DNA from: a virus
Lineage: Duplodnaviria > Caudoviricetes
Virus record (IMG/VR): IMGVR_UViG_3300042453_005928
Location: 1-59,374 of that record
DNA length: 59,374 bases
Reading direction: 5' to 3' (one strand)
Below the pieces are notes generated by a model. That model ran no database searches. It worked only from the letters and a program-made list of their open reading frames with translations, and had not been told where the DNA came from. The number at the start of each line of letters is the position of its first letter. Position 1 is the stretch's first letter. Shown in pieces: positions 20,506-29,301 of this stretch. The position numbers were made by a program, and so were the translations under genes.

Positions 20506-21900
20506 TCACAGAATCTTAGAAGCCAACGTTGCCAATTCGCTTCTTTCACCCTTAAGGAGACTTACATGCCCAGCAATTGGATAATCCTTGAATTTTTCTA
20601 TTGCATAGGTAAGACCATTAGTGAAAACATCGACATGAACGTTGTCAATTTGTTCAATGTCACCTGTGAGTACAATCTTCGTTCCATCACCAACACGAGT
20701 AATGATTGTCTTTAGTTCGTGCATTGAAAGGTTTTGTGCCTCGTCAATGATGATGTAGGCATTTGGAATCGAACGACCACGGATAAACGTGATTGCCTCA
20801 ATTTCAATGAGACCTTTTTCCTGAAGAAGGGAAAGGTAATATTCATCATTTGATTTTGGTTTTCCATTGGCGTCAACACCATTTGGAACTTTACGACGAT
20901 TGCCTTTTTTACCACTCATTAAGAAATTCATGTTATCACGGATAGGTGCAATCCATGGTTCCATCTTTTCCTCGAGGGTGCCTGGAAGGAATCCAATATC
21001 TTTACCTACAGGTTGAACTGGACGTGTCACGATAAGTTTGTCGTACTTTGGTTGGCTACCTAAGCCTTTGAGCTGTTCCAAGGCGGCAGCAATTGCAAGA
21101 AGAGTCTTACCCGTACCTGATGGTCCAGTCAATGTAAGAAGCTTGATGCTGTCGTCAAACAAGAGGTCATAAGAGAAAGTCTGCTCCTTGTTTCGAGGCT
21201 TTAGACCAAAAGCCGACTCTATCTTAGCAATAGGAACAAATGGCTTCTCAGGATGTAAACATTTTGCAAGCGCAGACTTTAATGTTTTACCGTCAGGTCC
21301 TACAGCCTTCAACACGATGATCTGATTTGGATAAAGCTTTTTGTCTCCAAGGAATTGGTCTGATACCCATAGACTTTCTTCCCTGTAGAAAGTATCCACA
21401 TAGTCCTCTGGTACTTCAATAACTTCAACTCCACGATAGAACTGCTCTTCATTTGCAGTTACCCTCATTTTGAGGTAATCTTCACATTTTATTCCAAGTG
21501 AATCGCACTTTATTCTTACGTTAATGTCCTTAGACACAAGAATACAATGCTCAATCTTTTCCTTGAGTTGAAGCATCAAAGCAATAATCATATTGTCTGT
21601 CTTTGACGCCTGTAGCTCTTGTGGTAAAAGCTTTACTGCATCAGCACCAACAGAAACAATTCTAAGTGTTCCTCCATTTGATAAACCTACACCATCTGTG
21701 AGGCTTCCTTTATCTCTAAGATCGTCAAGAGATCTTGATATTTGACGAGCACCTTTTCCAACTTCATCTAATCTACTCTTATGTCGATCTAACTCTTCCA
21801 AGACTGCCATTGGAATTATCAAGTCATTATCTTCAAAAGAAAAAATTGAATTTGAATCACTAAGCAAAACGTTTGTATCTAAGACGTATGTTTTTTTCAT
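20506..21900 (-). CDS. phoH: PhoH-family protein with N-terminal PIN domain (PhoH2/YlaK type)
   Basis: PIN motifs YVLDTNVLL, ELD, DNMII and SKDIN.RIK; PhoH ATPase motifs GPSGTGKT, GFLPG, FIRGRS, IIDEAQN and GDIEQID. Start moved to ATG 21900. Confidence 0.92.
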   Translation of the reverse strand: MKKTYVLDTNVLLSDSNSIFSFEDNDLIIPMAVLEELDRHKSRLDEVGKGARQISRSLDDLRDKGSLTDGVGLSNGGTLRIVSVGADAVKLLPQELQASKTDNMIIALMLQLKEKIEHCILVSKDINVRIKCDSLGIKCEDYLKMRVTANEEQFYRGVEVIEVPEDYVDTFYREESLWVSDQFLGDKKLYPNQIIVLKAVGPDGKTLKSALAKCLHPEKPFVPIAKIESAFGLKPRNKEQTFSYDLLFDDSIKLLTLTGPSGTGKTLLAIAAALEQLKGLGSQPKYDKLIVTRPVQPVGKDIGFLPGTLEEKMEPWIAPIRDNMNFLMSGKKGNRRKVPNGVDANGKPKSNDEYYLSLLQEKGLIEIEAITFIRGRSIPNAYIIIDEAQNLSMHELKTIITRVGDGTKIVLTGDIEQIDNVHVDVFTNGLTYAIEKFKDYPIAGHVSLLKGERSELATLASKIL

Positions 21901-21930
21901 GTAATCATTGCAAATTATAATACAGATCTT

Positions 21931-21959
21931 TAAACAATTGATCTTTGATTTTATAGTTT
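21931..21959 (+). promoter_or_regulatory. Putative sigma70-like promoter for the sigma region-4 protein
   Basis: TAAACA-N17-TAGTTT in the divergent phoH intergenic region. Confidence 0.4.
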
Positions 21960-21971
21960 TTCTTTGAAACA

Positions 21972-22229
21972 ATGAAAAAGAAAAATCTAAACATAATACA
22001 AGACAACTCTTGTTTTACACTTCATGAAAAGCACAACATCAATTGTCAAAAAAAAGATTGCAAAAATTGGATTAAACACGCTGATAGCAAAAATTGTGTG
22101 ATAATTGCTTCAAAGGCAGGTCCTAAAACGCTTCAGGAAATAGGTAAAATCTATAACCTCACGCGAATGAGAATCTGCCAAATTGAAAAAAATATTTATG
22201 AAAAAATTAAAATTCTAATTCAAACTTGA
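21972..22229 (+). CDS. Stand-alone sigma-70 region 4 HTH protein with Cys-rich N-terminus
   Basis: KTLQEIGKIYNLTRMRICQIEKN matches sigma70 region 4.2 (TLEEVG..F.VTRERIRQIE.K). Four Cys in the N-terminal half; 85 aa. Confidence 0.8.
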   Translation: MKKKNLNIIQDNSCFTLHEKHNINCQKKDCKNWIKHADSKNCVIIASKAGPKTLQEIGKIYNLTRMRICQIEKNIYEKIKILIQT

Positions 22230-22531
22230 TCATTTACTTTTTTACTCTTCTTTTCTTTTACTTTTTTTACAGTTTTTTTATTTGAATCTATTGAATAAAA
22301 TTTTTGATCTTCTACTTTTTCTTGAGTTGTAATCTCAATTTGTTCATCTTTAATTTGTACATCTGAAGTTGATTCTTCTACTTTTTCAAGTTGTAAATCT
22401 TCTTCTTTTTGTAAAACTTTTTGTTTTACTTTAAGCTTACCATTTTTATCTAATTCTGAATAAGCAACCGTAGGATCAAGACCTTTATCTAGGATCTCTG
22501 CAACAAGCAGTCTTTTGAACCTGCGCATCAC
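22220..22531 (-). CDS. Hypothetical charged protein
   Basis: 103 aa, K/E-rich, coupled to the upstream gene by an overlapping stop/start. Confidence 0.5.
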   Translation of the reverse strand: MMRRFKRLLVAEILDKGLDPTVAYSELDKNGKLKVKQKVLQKEEDLQLEKVEESTSDVQIKDEQIEITTQEKVEDQKFYSIDSNKKTVKKVKEKKSKKVNDQV

Positions 22532-22734
22532 TCCTCCTTTTTTTCTTTTTCTGCATCCTTGTCTGTTTCAAGCATTAGCTTTACTAATTCTTTTGACTTA
22601 GTTTGTAGCTGTCTTAGTCCTTTTCTTGAACGAACTCCAGCTGCTGAGTTTCCTTTTGCATTTTTATGCACATCTAATTCTAAAGTTTCAACTAAACTCT
22701 TTAGTTCATTCCACTTTTCTAATACGTTGCTCAT
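22528..22734 (-). CDS. Histone H1-like Hc1-family nucleoid protein
   Basis: 68 aa with K...KGNSAAGVRSRK.LRQL, the GNxAAGxRxRK signature of short Hc1-family proteins; GGAG Shine-Dalgarno. Confidence 0.7.
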   Translation of the reverse strand: MSNVLEKWNELKSLVETLELDVHKNAKGNSAAGVRSRKGLRQLQTKSKELVKLMLETDKDAEKEKKEE

Positions 22735-22800
22735 TTTTTCTCCGTTATATATCGTTGCAAATAAAATATATGTCCAAAATTAGAAGTGTAAATATGTAAC

Positions 22801-24450
22801 CTACACTATGATTGCGTTAAATTCTTTTGGAAACATGTGTTTGTTATTCTTATAAAATCTTTCCCAATCAGAATCTATAATATATGACACTGCAAAATCT
22901 TTTTCATTTCTAATTGATCTTCCAAGTGATTGAATCACTGATTTTGCTGTCATATATGGATACCACTTTTCATTTCTTTCCATTCTTTTTTTGACCACTA
23001 AATCTCCAAGGTAAGGAAATGGAACTTTACAAACTACTTGAAATCTGCTCAAATCATCTTTTAGGTCTACACCTTCCATCATTGATGGACTCAACAATAC
23101 AGTTGGTTCTGTACTGTTTATGTGTAGTTTTAATACTTCGTCTCTATTACTGGAGTCGTGCAACATGAGACGGGGTGATCCAACACTTTCTTGTATATAT
23201 TTTGCAATCCTGTAATTGACGCAGTGAATTATACCTTTTTCATTAGAATGTTTTTCTAGAAGCATTCTAATGACTTCTGCTGACTTTGGTAGAGTCGAAT
23301 CAATTGAAGACTTTGACATAGATCCAACAGGCAAATAATGAATTGGTCTATTTTCAATAGGGAACGGAGATTGTATTGCTAGATATGCAATATCGTCAAC
23401 ATTCAATCCTAAAGAAGAACAAAAAATATCTTTGTCAACAATTGTTGCTGACATTATTAAAACACGGCCACCTAATTTGAAAAAAGTATCATAGCTATAG
23501 AGTGAAACATCAATTGGTTTAAACTCGTATTTTTTTCCCGCTTTCTTATTATCATAAGGCGGAATTGCCACATTCATTGTCCAATTTTCTTGCTTATAAA
23601 CTTCAATGAAACGATCAACTTTACAAATGTGTTTGTCTAAAATTTCATATTGTTTAGATTGTACACCGTAACCATGGATATCATTACTTAATTTTGCAAG
23701 TGACTTTTCTAGCGAAGAAAGATGCTTTTGTAATGATTTCAAATAAGTTGTTTTTACCCAATCAAAGATTGCTGACTGTGATTCGTTCTTTGGCGGTTTG
23801 CATTTGATAATATCCTTAGCAAACTTTTCAGAAAAAGTGACTTCAATGAATTTACCCAATTCTGATTCAGTATTGTGAGCTTCATCAACAATTAATAAAC
23901 CTCTTGGTTCTAGCTTCCCTGCGTACATTGATTCTGCAAGAATATACGGAAAGTTAGTAACCGAAATTGGGGAGTCTATGAATTCTTGTTTTTCAATCGA
24001 ATATGGACAACTTGATTTGCAATGTTTTTGAAATTCACTTCCCGATAGTTGTTTAGTCAGCTTTGAAAGTATTCTTTTTGATTCTGCACATGACTGATCA
24101 CTATAAAAAGAACACTGGTAATTATTGGAAGATTTTATTGACCTGACAAGACCTTTACCAGATTGTGGACCAAAGTCTCTTAAATATTGCTCCTGAAGTA
24201 TCTTTTGTGTAGTAACAATATATGCACCCGTAAGTTTGTCACCTTCTTTGTTGTATAAGGTCTTACCATGTGCCTCAAGATATCTAGCGATGGTAACCCC
24301 TATTGCTGACTTACCAACGCCAGTACCAAGTTCCAATATTACTTGATTTTTTCCAGACTCATAAGCATCGATAGCAAACTCAATTGCTTCTCTTTGTTCC
24401 TTCCTGATCTTCTGAAAAGGAAAGTATGAATCATAGGGATACTTAGGCAT
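22801..24450 (-). CDS. DinG/Rad3(XPD)-family SF2 helicase
   Basis: Q motif R.EQ, Walker A GTGVGKS, four Cys spaced like the Fe-S domain, DEAH, MSAT, EGVDL, and QSLGRSIR...D. Confidence 0.9.
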   Translation of the reverse strand: MPKYPYDSYFPFQKIRKEQREAIEFAIDAYESGKNQVILELGTGVGKSAIGVTIARYLEAHGKTLYNKEGDKLTGAYIVTTQKILQEQYLRDFGPQSGKGLVRSIKSSNNYQCSFYSDQSCAESKRILSKLTKQLSGSEFQKHCKSSCPYSIEKQEFIDSPISVTNFPYILAESMYAGKLEPRGLLIVDEAHNTESELGKFIEVTFSEKFAKDIIKCKPPKNESQSAIFDWVKTTYLKSLQKHLSSLEKSLAKLSNDIHGYGVQSKQYEILDKHICKVDRFIEVYKQENWTMNVAIPPYDNKKAGKKYEFKPIDVSLYSYDTFFKLGGRVLIMSATIVDKDIFCSSLGLNVDDIAYLAIQSPFPIENRPIHYLPVGSMSKSSIDSTLPKSAEVIRMLLEKHSNEKGIIHCVNYRIAKYIQESVGSPRLMLHDSSNRDEVLKLHINSTEPTVLLSPSMMEGVDLKDDLSRFQVVCKVPFPYLGDLVVKKRMERNEKWYPYMTAKSVIQSLGRSIRNEKDFAVSYIIDSDWERFYKNNKHMFPKEFNAIIV

Positions 24451-24456
24451 CCTATA

Positions 24457-24485
24457 ATAATAAAAAATCTTGTGTTACATTTTCA
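24457..24485 (-). promoter_or_regulatory. Putative sigma70-like promoter (leaderless) for the helicase
   Basis: Minus strand TGAAAA-N17-TATTAT, 6 nt before the ATG. Confidence 0.5.
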
Positions 24486-24487
24486 CT

Positions 24488-25084
24488 TTATTTTGTGTCG
24501 CCGATTATCTTGTCAACAATTCCCATTTCAATCGCTTGTTCTGGTGTCAAAAAGAAGTCATGACCCGCCTTCATCAATTTATCGATATTTTCTTTTGTGA
24601 GTTTTGTCTCAGACATTAATGCTGAAACCATGAGCTCCTGAAGCCTTTCAAACTCTTTCATTTCATTCATCGCTTCAAAAACATTACCAATTAATCCACC
24701 TGAAATTGGGTGAATCATAATCCTTGCAGACTTACCAATCATTCTTTTGCCCTTAACACCTGATGCAAGGAGGAGAACACCGGCTGACATGACCTTACCT
24801 AAGGCAATTGTATGAACTGGGCATGGTAAGAATTTAATCGTGTCATATAGTGAAAACATTTCATCTACAGAACCACCATACGTCGAAATAACAAGATGAA
24901 TTGGTCTGTGATTTTGATTTGCTAAATGTAATAATTGAACAATCACATTTGATATTGAAAGTTCATTAACTTCACCGTGAAGAACAACAAGTCTATCATC
25001 TGTTCCAGAGATGTTAGAGGCAAAATAAATTTCTTCACCACTATTTGTTCTAGTCCTATTTTTATAATTTACCGGGCGTCCCAT
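24488..25084 (-). CDS. clpP: ClpP-family serine protease
   Basis: ISTYGGSV, GKVMSAG (catalytic Ser), IMIHP (His), and DFFLTPEQA..MGIVDKII (Asp): complete catalytic triad. Confidence 0.9.
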   Translation of the reverse strand: MGRPVNYKNRTRTNSGEEIYFASNISGTDDRLVVLHGEVNELSISNVIVQLLHLANQNHRPIHLVISTYGGSVDEMFSLYDTIKFLPCPVHTIALGKVMSAGVLLLASGVKGKRMIGKSARIMIHPISGGLIGNVFEAMNEMKEFERLQELMVSALMSETKLTKENIDKLMKAGHDFFLTPEQAIEMGIVDKIIGDTK

Positions 25085-25320
25085 CAGGTACCTCCTTCAT
25101 ATATTCCAGTGATTGTTAGATTTGGAACAATTTCTTTTATAAAGTTTGAAACGACTTGCGCGTTTTCAACATTTTCTAGCTCAAGACTAAGGTAATACAT
25201 TAACAAATACTTTTGTCTTTCAGAGATACCAAAATTTATTATTTCACTAACAATTTTTCTAACTATGTTATTTTCTTCAGCTAGTTTGTCAGCATTTGTT
25301 TGACCATATAATTCACTCAT
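25084..25320 (-). CDS. Hypothetical protein
   Basis: 78 aa helical ORF coupled to clpP; its 3' end carries the GGAGG Shine-Dalgarno for clpP. Confidence 0.6.
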   Translation of the reverse strand: MSELYGQTNADKLAEENNIVRKIVSEIINFGISERQKYLLMYYLSLELENVENAQVVSNFIKEIVPNLTITGIYEGGT

Positions 25321-25787
25321 TGTAGTATTCCTATTGACCTAGTAAATGATTCAACCTTACAAAGTGATTCACTTAAAATTCTAATATATTTACCGTGTAT
25401 TTCATCACCCTCGGTTTCTGTTGTAAGAACAACAAACTCACCCCATTTTTTATTTTCAACTATAAATTGTACTGCCTCCCAAGTAGCTATGTCTGCCGAA
25501 TTAACTTCTAGTATGTTAGAAAAATTTACATGAAGTGAAGGTTTTATATCTTCAACTTTTATAATTGAATTCATACTTTCTTTTGTCTGTATTATTTCAG
25601 AATTACAAACATCAATAATTTTATGAACTAATCCACAGTTGTTACATTGAGAATATTTTGTAATGACAGACTCATCATCATTTATGATAGAAAAAACAAT
25701 AAATTGATGTACTGGAGGTTTTTCCAATTTTTTAAATTGAGGTAAAACACACCTGCACTTTATCAGATGTTTTTGTCCTCTAGGCAT
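25317..25787 (-). CDS. Hypothetical protein, possible Zn-binding
   Basis: 156 aa with H.IKCRC and CNNC..VH....C motifs. Confidence 0.6.
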   Translation of the reverse strand: MPRGQKHLIKCRCVLPQFKKLEKPPVHQFIVFSIINDDESVITKYSQCNNCGLVHKIIDVCNSEIIQTKESMNSIIKVEDIKPSLHVNFSNILEVNSADIATWEAVQFIVENKKWGEFVVLTTETEGDEIHGKYIRILSESLCKVESFTRSIGILQ

Positions 25788-25788
25788 A

Positions 25789-26061
25789 TTATCTTCTATT
25801 TACAGGTAGATTACTACGTTCATGTGTGCGTACTTCTTCTAGAACGTTGTTAACAGATTTTTGAAATGTTGGCAATCCTTTTTGAAAACCTTGAGAGACT
25901 GAAGATTCCAAAATAGAAACAATTGTTTTTAACTGTAACTCATTTAGTTGAGGTGTAAGTTTACCCTCTTTGTTTAATGCAGCAAGGTTGTTTGCAACTA
26001 CGTCTTTAGAATAACTTAGTAAATTAAGTGCTTCTTTTGAAATTTTATCTACTTGATTCAT
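25789..26061 (-). CDS. Hypothetical protein
   Basis: 90 aa first gene of the clpP operon; TTTACC-N17-TATTCT upstream on the minus strand. Confidence 0.55.
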   Translation of the reverse strand: MNQVDKISKEALNLLSYSKDVVANNLAALNKEGKLTPQLNELQLKTIVSILESSVSQGFQKGLPTFQKSVNNVLEEVRTHERSNLPVNRR

Positions 26062-26124
26062 TTTTCACCATCATATATAAGAATACAATATTTATTGGGG
26101 TTGGTAAACCAGGAAACCTATACT

Positions 26125-27498
26125 ATGATGAACCAAAGCACTTTAAAACAAGTATACCAAGTAAGAAAACTTAACGAGATTTCTAAAAAAGTCAAAAAAG
26201 CTGATTATCTTTTAAACGAAAATAATCCTAGCTATCATGCAAGGCTACTTTTAGAAGCTCTAGATCAAGATGAATACGATAAAGCAAGTAAAGTCATAGA
26301 AAAATTACAAGGTTTATCTGATGCAGCAGAAAAAGCAGGACTAAAATCTTTATCTGACGCAATGGATAAAGCAGTGGAAGAAATAAATAAATTTACGGGT
26401 GGTGGTATAACAGATCGTGTTAAGTCTAAGCTGGCATCTATTTTCAGTAAGTCTGCGCCGGCAGAAAATCCAATTTTAAAAGGTTTAGCATTTGCTAGCT
26501 CATTAGAAAAAGGTTTTGGAGCGCTACCAACAATACTGAAAAACAACATAAAAGACATAAACAATAAAAAAGGTCAAAAAATTTCAGAGATACTAACAGA
26601 TGATAAAGCAAAAAAAGCTTTTTCAAATATAATACAAAAAGCTTTTATACCTGAAGGAACATTCGGAAAAGTCTTTGGGAAAATTCCTTATGTTGCAGAT
26701 ATTAATGTCGTTGTAAATGAAATGTTAGAATCAACACCAGAAAAACTTGCATCAGTAATAAAACCTGCAACTTCAGGTGCCAAGGCCTCTGATATTAATC
26801 CAAAGATTGCTGATCCAAAAGCAAGTGCTGGTAGTGCAAAAGGTGGAGGAAGCGGCGAAGGATTGCTTGACGGAATAAAAGATAAAATCTCCGGAGCAAA
26901 ATCTTTTGATGATCTAGTAAATGTGCTAAAAAAGTTAGATCAAAATGCTGAAATAAAAAATAAGGTCACAGCTGCTAAACTAATTCAAAATATTGAAAAG
27001 CTAAAAAAAGATCCAGGTGCATCCGGTTATAGCGGTCAGGAATTAGTTAGCAAATTTAGCATACTTGGTGCAGGTGGTCTTAGAGACAAAGTTAAAGAGC
27101 TGGCTAAGGGTGGTGGCGGTAGTAAGGGTAGTGGAAGCAAAAATCCAAACGCAGCACCTTCAGGACCAGAAAAAACTACAAATACTAAACAAATACAATC
27201 CGATGCAAAGAAAGTTGGAATTGATAATGCAAAATCATTAGCAACTTTAATGAATAAACTAAATATTGAAGTTGGATCTTCAAACAGTGCAGTAGTAATA
27301 CCCGCGCTAAAAAATGTAATGGCAGTAGATAGGGTAGATGAGGATCAGGCAGAGGGTTACATAATGGGCCTAATGTCAAACTTTGATGAGTTTAAGGGAA
27401 AAATTGAAACAGCAATACAAAAAGCTGCTGAGGCAAAAGCAGCAAAAGAAAAGGGAACAGGTACACCAGCACCTGCAGGTGGAACTCCGGCCGCCTAA
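26125..27498 (+). CDS. Hypothetical Lys/Ala/Gly-rich protein, candidate internal head protein
   Basis: ATG at 26125 after an AGGA site and an AATATTTA motif. N-terminal LNE/LNE/LLE motifs; low-complexity Gly-rich linkers. Confidence 0.55.
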   Translation: MMNQSTLKQVYQVRKLNEISKKVKKADYLLNENNPSYHARLLLEALDQDEYDKASKVIEKLQGLSDAAEKAGLKSLSDAMDKAVEEINKFTGGGITDRVKSKLASIFSKSAPAENPILKGLAFASSLEKGFGALPTILKNNIKDINNKKGQKISEILTDDKAKKAFSNIIQKAFIPEGTFGKVFGKIPYVADINVVVNEMLESTPEKLASVIKPATSGAKASDINPKIADPKASAGSAKGGGSGEGLLDGIKDKISGAKSFDDLVNVLKKLDQNAEIKNKVTAAKLIQNIEKLKKDPGASGYSGQELVSKFSILGAGGLRDKVKELAKGGGGSKGSGSKNPNAAPSGPEKTTNTKQIQSDAKKVGIDNAKSLATLMNKLNIEVGSSNSAVVIPALKNVMAVDRVDEDQAEGYIMGLMSNFDEFKGKIETAIQKAAEAKAAKEKGTGTPAPAGGTPAA

Positions 27499-27499
27499 T

Positions 27500-28648
27500 C
27501 TATTGACATACTAAACAACCTACACTATCGACTAATTCATTAAACTTTTGTTGATAGTGTAGAGCTGTTTTTATACTAGTCAATGGGTATGTTTTTCCAT
27601 TAAATGATACTATCCCATGTGTAGATGACACTTTTATTGCTCTCAAACTTTGATCTATCATAAAAGATCTTTTTGACTTATTAGTGTCCTGCTTCAAGAA
27701 AATTGTAACTCTACTAGAACCAAGATTTTTTAGACGGCTAGAAATTATTTCAGACTCTGCTTCATTCCCAGCGTCTATTATCCTTTTCTGTAGAAATTTG
27801 ATGTGCCTATCAACATTAGAATTTGTTTTTTTGTTTTCGATCAAAACCCCAGACTCGTTGACAACAATTGAATCAACTCTTTTTATATATGATATGTCAA
27901 TGTTACTTATGAGTTGACCTTTATGTGTAGAAATTACATCACTATTTGATACAACTGCAATATCATTCAAAAGATTAGCACCTTTCAAATCATATTTTGT
28001 TATGAGCGGTACAACAGAAAGTGTACCACGATTATTGTTAACCTTTATGGTATGAACAACATCTTCAGACAAACCTCTAACAAATAGGAATATGTTATCC
28101 TTCAATCTAGATGCTTCTTCTAGGAGATGATGTATTTCAGAGACAGTTTCTATATATCCGTCAATTACAACAACCTTTGGATCTATAAACTTTGAATTTT
28201 TTATCTTTACTGCAGGATATACGTCAGGAAAAAAGCTACCATTTGTCAACTCAACAACATCCTTATTTCCTTCAGGAATGTGATTTCCTATCACTATTTT
28301 TCCGTACAAACCAGATAATTGTAAAGAATCTAAAATTATCTTTGTGACTGTTTCATCTGCATAAGTCTTTATTAGTGAACATACATTTTCTTTAGAAAGT
28401 ACACATGGTTCTGTAACAACATATGTTGAATCAGTAAGCAAGCTCAATAATAATATTGAAGAACCTGGAGATATCATCTCAGCTTTTACGAGATGATTCA
28501 TAAATAATTCTAACAATAGATTATCTATGTTTTTATCAAACTTTATTTTTGATATATCTTGAAGCCCTAGGCCATTATCATTACACTTTTTTATATGCTT
28601 AATGATAGCACTAAATTTTTTGTCTATATCCTGAGTAACAAGTGTCAC
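27500..28648 (-). CDS. Degenerate GroEL/Cpn60-like protein (apical and intermediate domains)
   Basis: DPKVVVIDGYIETVSEIHHLLE...FVRGLSEDVVHTIKVNNNRGTL.VVP...LLNDIAVVS and RLKNLG...I.L...IDQSLRAIK resemble the GroEL apical/intermediate region. Only 382 aa; no GDGTT motif. Confidence 0.7.
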   Translation of the reverse strand: MTLVTQDIDKKFSAIIKHIKKCNDNGLGLQDISKIKFDKNIDNLLLELFMNHLVKAEMISPGSSILLLSLLTDSTYVVTEPCVLSKENVCSLIKTYADETVTKIILDSLQLSGLYGKIVIGNHIPEGNKDVVELTNGSFFPDVYPAVKIKNSKFIDPKVVVIDGYIETVSEIHHLLEEASRLKDNIFLFVRGLSEDVVHTIKVNNNRGTLSVVPLITKYDLKGANLLNDIAVVSNSDVISTHKGQLISNIDISYIKRVDSIVVNESGVLIENKKTNSNVDRHIKFLQKRIIDAGNEAESEIISSRLKNLGSSRVTIFLKQDTNKSKRSFMIDQSLRAIKVSSTHGIVSFNGKTYPLTSIKTALHYQQKFNELVDSVGCLVCQ

Positions 28649-28654
28649 ATTGTT

Positions 28655-28683
28655 ACTTTACTACATTGAATAGGACGTGTTTA
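28655..28683 (-). promoter_or_regulatory. Putative sigma70-like promoter (leaderless) for the GroEL-like gene
   Basis: Minus strand TAAACA-N17-TAAAGT, 6 nt before the GTG start. Confidence 0.5.
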
Positions 28684-29229
28684 AGGAAGCTGTTTTATTG
28701 CATTCAAAAATATCTTGAAAAGAAGTGTTACTAAACCACCACCAACTGCAACTCCTGCCCACTTTATAACAGACATTGAAACTTTATGAAAAGATTCAAC
28801 ATTTTGAACGCTGCTTTCTAATCTTTGTAACTTAGAATGAAATTCATCAGTTTTTTCTTCACATTCAATGCCTGTTTGATCAGCATGCTTTTGCCATGAA
28901 CTAATTTCCACTATTTGCTTTTGTACTTCTGATATAGATTCAGCACTTGCAGCTTTATTTGCAGCTATCCTGGAAAATAGTCCATCATCTGGGTCGTATA
29001 TGGCTTCATGTATTTTGTTGACTTTTCCAACAATTTGATTTTGTGAATTTTCTATACTATCTATTTTATATAATAATCTATCAAAACCACCGTTTAATGC
29101 GGCACTACTGTCCAATTTTCGGTGTATATTGTGTAATAGGTTTTTTGATTCAACCTCATTATCATCAGCATAACTTTGATTTGGTTTCGAAACCACAGTA
29201 GTTTGTCGACGATTATTTTTTTTGTTCAT
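28681..29229 (-). CDS. Coiled-coil protein with C-terminal membrane anchor (possible holin/XhlA-like)
   Basis: Heptad-rich body followed by the hydrophobic segment VIKWAGVAVGGGLVTLLFKIFL; AATACTTA motif upstream. Confidence 0.45.
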   Translation of the reverse strand: MNKKNNRRQTTVVSKPNQSYADDNEVESKNLLHNIHRKLDSSAALNGGFDRLLYKIDSIENSQNQIVGKVNKIHEAIYDPDDGLFSRIAANKAASAESISEVQKQIVEISSWQKHADQTGIECEEKTDEFHSKLQRLESSVQNVESFHKVSMSVIKWAGVAVGGGLVTLLFKIFLNAIKQLP

Positions 29230-29301
29230 ATAACCTGTTCTTAAGTATTAAAATTTCTTAAGAAATTCTAGATTAAATAAATCGAAATAGAAAATAAATT
29301 T

